NCBI RefSeq assembly: GCF_001447785.1
Contig: NW_015161962.1
Coordinates: 206,494-270,493, forward strand
Length of the DNA: 64,000 nt
Origin: Gekko japonicus
Lineage: Eukaryota
Reading direction: 5' to 3'
The position numbers and the translations under genes were made by a program. Under the pieces are notes generated by a model. It was not told the DNA's origin. It did no database searches and was given only the letters and a program-made list of their open reading frames with translations. This document shows, piece by piece, positions 26,630 through 40,390 of this stretch. How positions within the stretch are numbered: position 1 is the first letter of the stretch; each line of letters starts with the position of its first letter.

Positions 26630-26917
26630 TAGAAGAAGAAGTAGAAGAAGATATTTGATTTATACCCCTTCGCTACCCGAAGGAGTCTCAGAGCACCTCA
26701 CAAACTCCTTTCCCTTCCCCTCCCCACAACAGACACCCTGTGAGGCGGGTGGGGCTGAAAGAGCTCTTGACAGAAACGGCTCTTTTTCAAGAACAGCTCT
26801 TATCAGAACTACGGCTTGTCCAAGGTCATCCAGCCAGGTGCAAGTAGAGGAGGAGTGGGGAATCAAACCCGGTTCTCCCAGATTAGAGTCTGCGCACTTA
26901 ACCACTACACCAAACTG
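26630..26917 (-). mobile_element. Squam3-type SINE (another at 27407-27680, -)
   Basis: Family sequence. Confidence 0.8.
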
Positions 26918-27851
26918 GATCCTTTTACAACCTAGATCACCCTTCTCATTGTAGAGCTTTTACATCGGCCTGACTAAATATTTTCCCCTCAAAAATATTA
27001 ACTGGTCGGTATAACAAAGTCTCTTTCCATGAAAGGCAATGTATCTGTCCTCTAAAATTGATAGATTCAATCCATCACATTATCTTGGATTGTCAATTGC
27101 ACGCAGGTTCACGTAAGAAACTCCTTTCCTCACCATTATACCCTAAACATTGTGTTAGCAATGATCCAAGGTCTATTAAATGACACAAGCCCAGACATCA
27201 CAGCTCTGGTCGCTAGGTTCTTGGCCGAAGCGGTTAAACAGAGATACAAGCTTTCTGTAGGATCTGCCTTATTTTGCTGCCTCTGTAATGCCTCCTTGCT
27301 CTTATTTTATCATGCCATGTATTTTACTGATATGCCATTAAAGATATTTGATTTGGGAAGATTCCCTGCTGGCAGGCAGGCAGAAAGGCTGTCAGGATGT
27401 AATGTGAAGAAGAGGAGATTGGATTTATACCCCCACCCAGTACTTGGAGTCACAGAGTGGCTTACAGTCTCCTTTCCCTTCCCCTCCCCACAACAGACAC
27501 CCTGTGAGGTAGGTGGGGCTGAGAGAACTCTGACAGAAACAGCTCTTTTTCAAGAACAGCTATGCCAGAATTATGGCATGCCCAAGGCAATCCAGCCAGG
27601 TGCAAGTGGAGGAGTGGGGGAATCAAACCCGGTTCTCCCAGATTAGAGTCTGCACACTTCACCACTACACCAAACTGGCTCCTGTGCTGCCAAGTCCTGA
27701 GTGAGGCTGAGTAAGATCAGGGGGATTGTTTTGCATCACATCCCCCAACAGGTACACGAAGCTGCCTTCTACCCTACCAGACCCTCGTCCCATTCAAGAC
27801 TTGGACAGCCCCAGCGGGGAAGCCGCTCAACGAGCTCCCCGGCCCCCTCAC

Positions 27852-28571
27852 CTCTTTCTGGGCTGCCTTGAAAGGAGCAGCATTCGTCATGTGATGCCTC
27901 CGGATGCCGCTCCACCTAGTCCGGTAATTGGTAATGGGCTCGGCCGGCCGGATGTATTTGTCATACATCACATCGCCGTAGTAGCCCACGATGCTGCACC
28001 TGGCCAGGCCGCTGTTCCGCCCGCCGGGCCCAGTGCCCACCATCTCACAGTCAATGGCCACCATTTTGCTGGGACTGCCCAGTGCTGCGGTGAGGCCGCT
28101 GTCGTACTCGCTCCACAGGTGGGCTTTGCTGAGCCCGCCCGCGCTGCCGTTGTTCTTCGTCCCGTTGGGCTTTGCGGAGCTGCTTCCCGTTCTGCTGGGC
28201 ACCGCCGGGGCCTCGGACTGGGGGGAGGGGCGAGAGCCTGAAGACTTGCTGCCGCTGCGAGCAGCGTTTTCCTTGGGAAGCTTTTTGGGCCCGCATCCAA
28301 AGCCAGCATCCCTGCCTGCTCCATCCAGGCCACCCTGACCATCCGCCTTCTTTCTCTTCTTGCCCCTCTCCCTGTCCACTCCTGTGCCCCGACGAGAAGC
28401 GTCCCGTTTGAGCAGGGCAGACTCTGGCGGCAGCTGTTTCTGTTTCAGAAAGCCCCTCCTCTCCAAGAAACGGCGGCGTCTGACGAAGCGCTGGTGCTTC
28501 TTGTTGCCTTCAGAACCCCTTTGGGGGCACTCGTGAAGGGCTGTATCCAGATTGATAATGATATCCGACAT
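27852..28571 (-). CDS. ISG20L2: ISG20L2 first coding exon (basic N-terminus + ExoI motif)
   Basis: [33 protein letters not shown]...[48 protein letters not shown]|gtgag; 720 nt; joined ORF 344 aa. Confidence 0.95.
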
Positions 28572-29099
28572 GGCTGGTTACCATGAGCAGGCACTTCTCT
28601 ACAACGACCACATGGCACGAGATGCCTCACTTGGGGGGGGGGGGGAGGAGATAGAAAACAATGAATTTTTCTTAGTATTTGAGTATTCCCCCAAATAACC
28701 ACTATAGTTCACAAAGCTTGCCTGTAAAGCAAGCGTGTTTGCCAGAAGTTTGCTCCCGCAGTTATGGGTGAAAATTTCAAGTCGCCATGCTGGCTCACAA
28801 ATCCCAAAGCAGCTTAAACAGTTGTATCATTTTAGGACCAAAGAATACACTGCAAACCAACATGGAATCTTTCATGTTCTCTTGAACTCTGAATGCTCAA
28901 TTTAGCATAAGTATCCAGACATTTATGATTTTCCCTCATCTTTGGTGGAATCTGGGCTCACAGGAAGTTGGGTAGGGATTAAGGACTCCTTCCGCTTCTT
29001 GTTACCAGAAGGAATGCTAGCCATTCTTCCTCCTTTTTCTCTCTTTCACAATAAACCTCAGTGGCGGCTCCACACTGGCGGAACGAGCTCCTGGAAAAG

Positions 29100-29465
29100 A
29101 TCAGGCCCCTGCGGGACCTTCTACAGCTCCACAGGGCCTGCAAGACGGAGCTCTTCCGCCAGGTCTTCGATTAGGAGCCGCCCCCGCCACCATCACCAAC
29201 ACTAACCATAGAGGCAGGTGCCTGGCCTATGGCTGACAGACTGTGCCCGCTGTTAGAGACGGGCAGATCAACAATCTATACAATGTATAGCACCACCTCT
29301 ATGATGAAAACATTACTGCTAGCACGTTATATTGTGGTTGCAATGAGTTGTTTTAAAAGTTTCATATTTGAATGTTATTATGTTTTATCGGGTAAGCCGC
29401 CCTGAGCCTGCTCAGGCGGAGAGGGAGAGATACAAAGTTGAAGAAACAAATAATTAAATAAATAA
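29100..29465 (+). mobile_element. L2 LINE 3' end
   Basis: Matches the L2 end at 50200-50617 (gcctgcaagacggagct.., gtaagccgccctgagcc, taaa tail). Confidence 0.7.
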
Positions 29466-29599
29466 AACGTATATAAATACATCCCTTTGACTTTGCTTAG
29501 CATAATCGATTTCCCTGGGGTATTTCTGTCAACCTCTTCCACAGATACCACCGAGATGGCTGCATGTTATTTTGTTACTGGCCTAGTAACCGTGCTGGA

Positions 29600-30800
29600 A
29601 GACCACCTTTGCAGCAGGTCCGTCTGGATGTTCTCGAGGGTCCCCTGACCCTGAGGGGTGGTGGCGGCGGGTTACTTTCCAGGAAGCCCCTGGTCTAAGG
29701 GCGCCTCCCCGGCAGGACAGGCACCGCTCCCTCCCCCAGGACAGGCAGCCCCTTCCCCCCAGCGCGGCGCCTCCACACACGTGCTCCCAACAGCCCTGCA
29801 AGGTAGGCAGGCGGGAGTGAAGGGGAACGGGGCGCTTCAGGGCAGAGGCCGCCGGCGGAGTCCTCGCAGGTGCGCTGCGCCCGGGGCCTACCTCGCGGGG
29901 ACGCTGTTGAAGGTACCGAGAAGGCAGGGAAGGCGAGGAAGGCCCCGGGCGGCGGGGTGGCGGGTGCGTCCTCCGGCCCTGCGTCGCGGGCATCGCCCGG
30001 GGGGGGTGCGGAGGGGCGCCTTTGTGACCTACGCGGCGGCGCCGCCTCCTTCCCCTCGGCTGCGGGGGGGGGGAGGACAACGGGGGGGGGCGAAGCGCCT
30101 CAGACCCGGAAGCGGAAGCGCCGCCGCAGGGGGGGACCACGCGGCGGGGTTCATTCTACTTCCTCCTCCTCCTCCTCCCCTCCCCCCCGCGCTTACCTGA
30201 GGACTTCCGGTTCCCCCTTCCGCGTTTTATAACCCTCCTCCGGACAGGCAGGGAAAGCGGGACGGGAGCCGGGCAGGGCCAATCCGCGGGGGCGCCCAAG
30301 AAGACGCCGGAGAGGAGAGCGGAGGAGGCCCGTGGCCAGGGGCGGGGCCTTGCCTGCTTTGCATAGGGGCGCCTGATTGGCTGCCCCCCGCCCAGGCGCT
30401 GCCGCGGTCCGACAGGTGCGCCTCTCACCTGCCGCGGGGGCGGGGCCGGGGGTCGGTCTCGCTCTCGCTCTCTCCCCCCGCCCCGCCGGGCGCGCCATGA
30501 CCGCGGGCTGTGATGCGGGGCTTCTCCCTGGAGGACCAGAAGGGCCTGGCGGCCGGCATCAGCCGCCTCCTCCGCCGCTACCGCTTCCTCCTCGACGCCC
30601 CCGTCATCGTAAGTCTCTCTCGCGCGCGGGCGGGGAGGGGGAGGGAAGGGGGCCCCCCCGGACACCCGGCGATGCTCCCTCCCTCCCTCCCGCAGCGGTG
30701 CAGTCCCGGGAGCGAAGGCTCTGCAGTTGGCGAGCGGCGGGCACGCAGTCGGTGAGCGAGCGACTCAGTCTGCTCTGGGGAGCCCCCTCCTCCCTGAGCC
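29600..30800. promoter_or_regulatory. CpG-island bidirectional promoter ISG20L2 / METTL25B
   Basis: High CpG density; ETS (ccggaag, acttccgg), CCAAT on both strands (~30279, ~30375), GC boxes; ISG20L2 5'UTR exon donor (tcag|gtaagc) at 30196 on - strand. Confidence 0.85.
30513..30608 (+). CDS. METTL25B: METTL25B/RRNAD1 exon 1 (true start may be ATG 30497, see findings)
   Basis: MRGFSLEDQKGLAAGISRLLRRYRFLLDAPVI|gtaagt resembles the RRNAD1 N-terminus. Confidence 0.85.
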
Positions 30801-31702
30801 CAGACCGAAATGTGTGAGCCGGAGGCTAAAGAACTGTCAGCTGGCTCGCACTCACTCGGCTTAGAGGGGACACTGCAATGGCCACCCCCCCTCGCACGGA
30901 GAACTGGCCCCGCGGGCGGATTTTCGGGGCGCGATCACACCGCAACATCTGGGAAGTGTAGCCAACCTGTGGTGTCCCGCCCGAAGATGCGGAGTTAAAA
31001 AGTACCAAGGTATCCGGAAAAACGCACGGCACAGGCGGGCGTCTGATCGCAGGAGCGCTCGTATCCTGTGGCATCCGATGCCCGTCCATGTCCCGTCGCA
31101 AACCGGATGTTTTTCGTAAGCGCATGCGCACAAACACGAAAGTGAAAGCAGTGCTGCTCCGCGGAACTGCGCATGCGCATAAATGCAAAACGCTTGTGCG
31201 ATTGCGCAGCTTCTTTGCCACACTGCAGCATCGCCGTGTGATCGCCAGCTACAGACCGAAATGTGTGAGCCGGAGGCTAAAGAACTGTCAGCTGGCTCGC
31301 ACTCACTCGGCTTAGAGGGGACACTGCAATGGCCACCCCCCCTCGCACGGAGAACTGGCCCCGCGGGCGGATTTTCGGGGCGCGATCACACCGCAACATC
31401 TGGGAAGTGTAGCCAACCTGTGGTGTCCCGCCCGAAGATGCGGAGTTAAAAAGTACCAAGGTATCCGGAAAAACGCACGGCACAGGCGGGCGTCTGATCG
31501 CAGGAGCGCTCGTATCCTGTGGCATCCGATGCCCGTCCATGTCCCGTCGCAAACCGGATGTTTTTCGTAAGCGCATGCGCACAAACACGAAAGTGAAAGC
31601 AGTGCTGCTCCGCGGAACTGCGCATGCGCATAAATGCAAAACGCTTGTGCGATTGCGCAGCTTCTTTGCCACACTGCAGCATCGCCGTGTGATCGCCAGC
31701 TA
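30801..31702. repeat. Perfect tandem duplication, 2 x 451 bp
   Basis: 30801-31251 and 31252-31702 appear identical; identical ORFs recur at +451. Confidence 0.95.
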
Positions 31703-31821
31703 ACAGCCTAACAATGGAGACTCGGGGGACTGTGTGATCCGGCTACTTCTCTTTATTTTGCTCCAGGGCAAACAGCCACCCCCCCCCCCCCCCCCCGCGT
31801 TATCTGGCTCGTATGATCGGG

Positions 31822-32100
31822 GCCAGTGTGGTGCAGTGGTTACGTGAGCAGACTCTAATCTGGGAGAACCCGGTTTGATTCTCCACTCTTCCACTTGCAG
31901 CTGCTGGTGTGACCTTGGGCAAGCCACAGTTCTGTCAGGGCTGTTCTTGAAAAAGAGCAGTTTCTGTCAGAGTTCTCTCAGCCCCACCCACCTCACAGGG
32001 TGTCTGTTGTGGGGAGGGGAAGGGAAAGGAGTTTGTAAGCCACTCTGAGACTCCTCTGGGTACTGAAGGGCAGGGTATAAATCCAATCTCTTCTCTTCTT
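31822..32100 (+). mobile_element. Squam3-type SINE
   Basis: Family sequence. Confidence 0.8.
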
Positions 32101-32355
32101 TACTGCCAGACACTGTTAGATACTAAGCTTGCAGGTGCTGGGGGAGGGTTAGCGGTACACAAGATTCTGGCAGGTTGGATGTGTGGGTGTGATTGGACTG
32201 GTTGAGGGGGGCTGTTTGAACTATGTAGAATACCCAAACTGGCACCCTGGGAGTCGGTTCTCACAGATCGTCTTAGCTTGAAACATCTTTGTCTCTCAAG
32301 AAACAAGCCACTGCCAAGAGAGTGTTGATGGGAGTAAGTTTGTTCAAGAGTCTGA

Positions 32356-32508
<153 letters not shown>

Positions 32509-32704
32509 TGAGGGAGACTCAGCAGCCACACCTGGCCAAGTGCGGTGCCAGTCCTGTGTGTGTGCGGGGGGTGCTTGCTCAGGAAAGAGGCAGGCTGCCC
32601 AGCTCCTTGAGTGTCTCTTTTCGCACTGCTCCAAGAGTGGTGATGGTGGTGGGGATGCTGGGGTCCACTTTTATGATGGGGCAACAAGGAAGCGGCATTT
32701 TTAA

Positions 32705-33073
<369 letters not shown>

Positions 33074-33496
33074 TGAGCTGCTAAATGCAAGGAAAAGCAA
33101 AAGAAGCCCCCCTGCTTTCCAGGTCGCTGGTGGATTGGAGGGGGGATCTTTCCTGAACTGGGTATGGGGGTTAGGAAGACTCGTGGACTCTCAGGGCTAC
33201 TAGCTGTGGTCAGCAGAGGGAACCTGCATGTTCATAGGCAGTCAACCTCCAAATGCCCGTGCTAGCAGGCAGTATCCAGGGGAACAATCTACAAGAATAA
33301 CACAGTCCCAAGAGAGTCTGGTATGAAAAAATATAGAAAAAGTACAAAGGTCGATAAAACTTCACATAGCAGTCTGCTCCAGACTCTCTCAATCTATATC
33401 CCTCTAACAGTCTGGTCTTCTTATCAAAATTCCCAAAAGCAGTCTGCTCCAAATTCAATCAATCTGTGTCTCTCTTTCTGTTAGAGGGATATAGAA

Positions 33497-33765
33497 GAAG
33501 AAGAAGAGATTGGATTTATACCCTGCCCTTCACTTGGAGTCTCAGAGCGGCTCACAAACTCCTTCCCCTCCCCACAACAGACACCCTGTGAGGTGGGTGG
33601 GGCTGAGAGAACTCTGACACAAACTGCTCTTTTTCAAGGACAGCTGTGCCAGAGCTTGTGACTGACCCAAGGTCACATCAGCAGGTGCAAGTGGAGGAGT
33701 GGGGAATCAAACCCGGTTCTCCCAGATTAGAGTCCGCGCACTTCACCACTACACCAAACTGGCTC
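33497..33765 (-). mobile_element. Squam3-type SINE
   Basis: Family sequence. Confidence 0.8.
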
Positions 33766-34340
33766 TGAGAGAGTCTGGAGCCGACTGCTATGTGAAGTCT
33801 TATTGACCTTTGTATTTTTTCTATGAAGGAATAAGTGGTTGTTTTTTATTACCAGACATTAAATGATGTTATGGCTCTAATCTAGTCTCTTTTGTAATTC
33901 TATTGTTCTGTGGGCATACCAGAGTATCCAGGGGCAGCCTCGGCTTCTGTGCCCTCCACGTTTGCCTTCAAGGGCAGCTGCTTGGCTGCTTTGTGAGACA
34001 GGATGCTGAAGGAGAAGGCCCCCTGCTCTGACCCTGCGGCAAGCCCAGTCCCCTCAAGAGTCGGCAGGTCTCACTGAAACCATCTGCTCCCAGCAGGCCG
34101 ACCGCTGGCCTACCTGACCTCCTCCCTTCCACCAGCTGTCTCCGCTTACCGTTGTTGTCCCCCAGCTTCATGAACGCTCTCCCAAGTTGTTTCGGTGGAA
34201 CACATCCCCTTTATCGTGGGGAGAGAGAGAGAGAGGCCACCTCAAAGCAGTCTGAGTGGCCACGTGGCCACCTAGCCTTGGAGGGACACCCCCAGGGCTC
34301 GCAAGCGCTCTCTGACCTGTGGCTTCTCTCTTTTCTACAG

Positions 34341-34403
34341 CTGGTGAAGAAACTCAGTGACCTCACAGGGTGCCGCTGCGTGGTGGACGTTGGCTCGGGC
34401 CAG
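34341..34403 (+). CDS. METTL25B: METTL25B exon 4 (SAM-binding motif I start)
   Basis: cag|LVKKLSDLTGCRCVVDVGSGQ|gtagg; 63 nt. Confidence 0.94.
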
Positions 34404-34584
34404 GTAGGTCTGAGGGGAGCTCTGCTGGCTCTGGAATCACTGGGCTGTGGGGGAATTTACCTCCAAAAGTTCAGAGTTTGGCCCTATGCAAAGGGCATTG
34501 ATTTAATTCATCTCTACCCTGCCTTTTCTCCCCACCAGGGACCCCAAGTGGCTCCCAGCCTTCTCCACTTCTCCATTTTATCCT

Positions 34585-34880
34585 CATAGAGTCACAGAAT
34601 GCTAGAGTTGGAAGGGACCTTGCGGGTCATCTAGTCCAACCCCCCTGCACTCTGCAGGAGCAGAGCCAAAAGATAATAGCCCTACAACATACCCGGAAGA
34701 TGGTCGTCCAGCCTCCTCCGCTTGGAAACGTTCAGCCAAGGAGCCTCCACCCCCTCCCGAGGCAGTCTGTTCCACTGCTCAACCACTCTGACAGTCAGGA
34801 CGTTTCTCCTGACATTTAGCCGGTATCGACTCCCTTGTAATTTCCACCCGTTAGATCTAGAGTCTTGCAATCCAGAGCGA
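34585..34880 (-). mobile_element. CR1 3' fragment
   Basis: Highly similar to 8165-8455. Confidence 0.85.
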
Positions 34881-35019
34881 GAGAGAATAATAAACTGACA
34901 CTCGTAATAAACTCACATGAGACAGTGCTGAGGATAATGACCGGAGCGAGTGGGGTTCCTTGTCGGGGTCCCGGGAAAGGCAAGAGCTGACGTGCCTGTC
35001 CCTGCCTCTTCCCCCAAAG

Positions 35020-35163
35020 GGCCACCTCTCTCGGTTCCTGGCGTTCGGCCTCCATTTGTCCGTCACTGCGGTGGAGGAAGATCCACAGCTGGTGGGCCAG
35101 GCAGTCAAGTTTGACCAGGAGCTGGTCCAGGCCCTGAAGAAAGAGCGAGCCAAAGGGACGCAG
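35020..35163 (+). CDS. METTL25B: METTL25B exon 5
   Basis: aag|GHLSRFLAFGLHLSVTAVEEDPQLV..KFDQELVQALKKE..Q|gtgag; 144 nt. Confidence 0.93.
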
Positions 35164-35520
35164 GTGAGGAGGGGGGCTGAAGAGGGGAGGGAGCCCGGGG
35201 CTAGGGGGTGGCGGCAGGACTTGGCCCAGGGCTGGATTCTGGCTCTAGAGCCACTTGGTTCATAGCCTGCCTTTCTTGCTGAAACTCACGGCAGGCTACA
35301 AAATATAGAACAGAACTCAGTCAGAGACAGCACAGGACAACCGATAAACGGTGTAATCGGATGTGGGTTACAGAAATGAGGAAACTAAGGCACAACATAC
35401 CATAAAGAGCAGGGAAAGTGGATTGCAAAGGGACTCGCCTCATACCTACAGTAAAGACTGCAATGGACTTTCGGTCCTCTTTCCTCATAGAGTCTTCCTC
35501 CTGGACTCTTCCATGATACG

Positions 35521-35810
35521 AGAGCCAGTTTGGTGCAGTGGTTAAGTGCGCGGACTCAAATCTGGGAGAACCGGGTTTGATTCCTCCACTTGCACTTGCT
35601 GGTGTGACCTTGGGCAAGCCATAGTTCTCTCAGAGCTGTTCTTGAAAAAAGAGCAGTTTCTGTCAGAGCTCTCTCAGCCCCCACCTACCTCACAGGGTGT
35701 CTGTCGTGGGGAGGGGAAGGGAAAGGAGTTTGTAAGCTGCTCTGAGACTCCTTTGGGTAGTGAAGGGCAGGGTATGAATCCAATCTCTTCTTCTTCTACT
35801 ACTACTACTG
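35521..35810 (+). mobile_element. Squam3-type SINE
   Basis: Family sequence. Confidence 0.8.
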
Positions 35811-36317
35811 CAGTTTTGGTTCCTTTATAAAGACGCTCTCCTGTTCTGTTTTGCACATGCTGCGGAGTGCTAGAAGTGTGGGAGCCTTTCTGGTCCCGCC
35901 GGGCACCTGCGGATCTTACCCCTTTGCCGTTGGCACCTTCAGAAGGTTCCATTTGATTGCCAGTGCCTTGGACAGACTTCTCTTCCATTGCCAATTTGTC
36001 TAATCCCCCTTTAGGGCCATCGCTGCTTCCCGTGAGGGTCAGCCCCACAAATGAAGCCCTGTGTGCGGGACCTTCTCTACTGCCTGCCTCCTTCTCTGCT
36101 TCCTTGTTTCCGAAGGGCTGTAGAAGCTGGGGCCAACCACAGCTGTAGAAGCTGGGCCCAGTGCTAATCGTTACATTGCACTAGCACTTTATGTATTGTT
36201 TTTAGGTCTATTTTATTGTAATTTTATCTAATTAATTGTTTTATCTGCTATAACATTGTATAAGCCTCCCTGAGCCTGCTTCAGTGGGGAGGGCGGGATG
36301 CAAGTTGAATAAACTAA

Positions 36318-37151
<834 letters not shown>

Positions 37152-37534
37152 TGAGTGTGCCTGCGTGTGGCGTGTGCCTGCCGGGAGCTCGTCCCCGCGC
37201 CCGGGGCTTCCCTCTCGCGCTTGTGGCGAGCCTGCGCTTCCGCTGCTTGGCCTGAACCACGGAGGCTACAGGGGGTGGTGTGCATCTCCAACCTTGTTGT
37301 TGAAGTGTTTTATTAGATTTGCTATATTTATAGTCCACATTTCTCACTGAGACTCAGTAACCGTCAATACAGTCAACAGGATGAGACCTGTAATAAGCAT
37401 GGAGTACCAGGCATGACGGTACACATTGCAGAAAAATGGCGTTATATCAGTACAACTTAATGCAGTGAGAGCAAGATGATGCATACAGCAAACAGGTAAT
37501 GCCTACTGTATATCATAGAATCATAGGGGGCCAT

Positions 37535-37887
37535 AAAGGTAAAGGTAAAGGTTCCCTTGCTCGAAAGCCAGTCGAATCCGACTCTAGGGTTGCGGTGCTC
37601 ATCTCCGTTTCAAAGCCGAAGAGCCAGCGCTGTCCGAAGACATTTCCGTGGTCATGTGGCCGGCATGACTAAACACCAAGGCGCACGGAACGCTGTTACC
37701 TTCCCACCGAAGTGGTACCTATTTATCTACTTGCAATTTCTTGCTTTTCGAACTGCTAGGTTGGCAGGAGCTGGAACTAGAGACAGGAGCTCACCCTGTC
37801 TTGCGGCACCCGGGTCTTGAACCGCTGAACTACTGACCTTCCACAGCCTGCAGTTCAGCGTCTTAACCACTTGAGCCACCGCGCTCC
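37535..37887 (-). mobile_element. Sauria SINE (Squam1)
   Basis: (ACCTTT)n tail, BovB-like 'ccgactctagg' segment, tRNA head 'gcggtggctcaagtggttaag' on - strand. Confidence 0.88.
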
Positions 37888-37894
37888 ATACAAA

Positions 37895-38745
37895 CCATCT
37901 AGTCCAGCCCCCTGCTGCCCAATGCAGAACCGGCCTAAAGCATCCCTGACAAATATTCGTCCAGCCTCTTCTTGAAAGCTGTCAGTGAAGCGGGGAGCTC
38001 ACCACCTCCCTGGGCAGCTGATTCCACCTCTGAACCACTCTGGCCGTGAAAAAGTTTTTCCTAATATCCAGCCGACACCTTTCTGCATGCGATTTAAACC
38101 CACTGCTTTAGGTCCTATCCAATGCTCCCTCTAAGCTGCGGAGTCTTGTGAGCAAAAATTCCACTTTGTGAGCTACTGGCATTAAAGCTGTGAGCGAGCA
38201 GTTTGGCTGCTGACTGAATTAGTTAGCTATCCTTCCTGAACAAAGACAAAAACACGTGAGCCGGAGGCTAAAAAACTGAGCTAACTCACACTAACTCAGC
38301 TTAGAGGGAACACTGGCCCTGTCCTTTGCTGCTAGCAGGAACAGCTCCTTGCCCTCCTCCAAATGACAGCCTTTCAAATATTCAAAGAGAGCCATCACGT
38401 CCCCCCCTCAATCTCCTCTTCTCCAAACTAAACATTCCCAGGGCCCCCTTAGCCTTTCCTCAGAGGGCTCAGTCTCCAGACCCCTGATCATCCTCTCCAC
38501 TCTCTTCTGCACCCTCTCGATTTTGTCCACATCCATTTTGAAGTGAGGCCTCCAGAACTGCACACAGGAGGACTCCAGGTGCGGCCTGACCAAGGCAGTA
38601 TATACAGAGGGGCTATGACCTCCTGCAGTTTTGATGCTACGGCCCTTTTAATGCAACCCAAGACTGAATTAGCCTTTTTTGCCACAGCATTACACTGACG
38701 GCTCATATTCAGTTTACAGTCCACTCTTACCCCAAGATCTCTTCC
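37895..38745 (-). mobile_element. CR1 LINE 3' fragment carrying a hAT MITE (38120-38315)
   Basis: 'RDLGVRVDCKLNMSRQC..AKKANSVLGCI','VQFWRPHFKMDVDKIERVQKR'. Confidence 0.88.
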
Positions 38746-39389
38746 ACATACAGGAAGTATGTAGTCCACATTTCCTTCCCCGAGCGTAATTCCAACTTCC
38801 TGTATAGCATATATATGGTACAACAGGGGTCCCCCAACCTTTTTGAGCCTGTGGGCACCTTTCAAATTCTGACGCAGGGTGATGGGCACAACCACAAAGT
38901 GGCTGCTGTAGGAGTTGGTGTCGAACACAAGAAACGGAGCTCCGCCCACGCATTGTGGAAGTCCAAGCGCAGGGAAGAATTGGGATAATTTTAAAAAATA
39001 TGTTGGGAGACAATAACGAGAGTGAGAATACAGCCAGCACTGTCATGCTGAAATATTTTAGTCTGCACAGGCAATTAGATCACAGTGAGGTGGATCCCAC
39101 TGTGTGATTTTGCATGACACCTCTGCTCCGCTTCAGCCTTCAGGTCCCGTTTCGCTGTTTACCGATTGTCTCATCCTGTTAATTGGATTGACTCGCTCTG
39201 TGTAATCGGCCTTGAGTTCCAGAGAGGAAGGCGGGCTACAGATAACGTAAATAGGGGGCCACACAGAGGCCCTGCTGGGCAAGAGCCCCACCTTCTGGAA
39301 GCACCCAGCAGGTGCCACGGCACCCTGGGGCACTCTGTCTGCTGCAGCGTCGTCGGGCAGGCCGGAATCCCAGCCCAGCCTCGTCCTGA

Positions 39390-39881
<492 letters not shown>

Positions 39882-40109
39882 TAGCCTATAGCCTGCCCCG
39901 TAGGGTTATTTCATCCTTGCAAAACATGCTGAGCTGAGGCGGCCTCGGAGGGAGAAAGCTACTCCGCAGAGCTCCTCAGGACCACCAGGCGTTTGTTAGT
40001 TTGGGAGGGGCCCTGTGGGATGCGGATGGGGCCTTGAGGAAAGCCAAACAATAGGGACCCCAGGTGTATGTGGTCTGCAAAAATATAAACCGCAAGGGTA
40101 GACCATCAA

Positions 40110-40390
40110 AGAGCCAGTTTGGTGTCATGGTTAGGAGTGCAGACTCTAATCTGGGAGAACTGGGGTTGATTCCCCACTCCTCCTCCACTTGCACCTGGCT
40201 GGATGACCTTGGGCAAGCTGTAGCTCTGATAAGAGCTGTCCTTGAAAAAGAGCAGTTTCTCTGTCAGTGTTCTCTCAGCCCCGCCTACCTCACAGGGTGT
40301 CTGTTGCGGGGAGGGGAAGGGAGTTTGTCAGCCGCTCTGAGACACCTTTGGGTAGTGAAGGGCAGCGGGGTATAAGTCCAATCTCTTCTT
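40110..40390 (+). mobile_element. Squam3-type SINE
   Basis: Family sequence. Confidence 0.8.
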
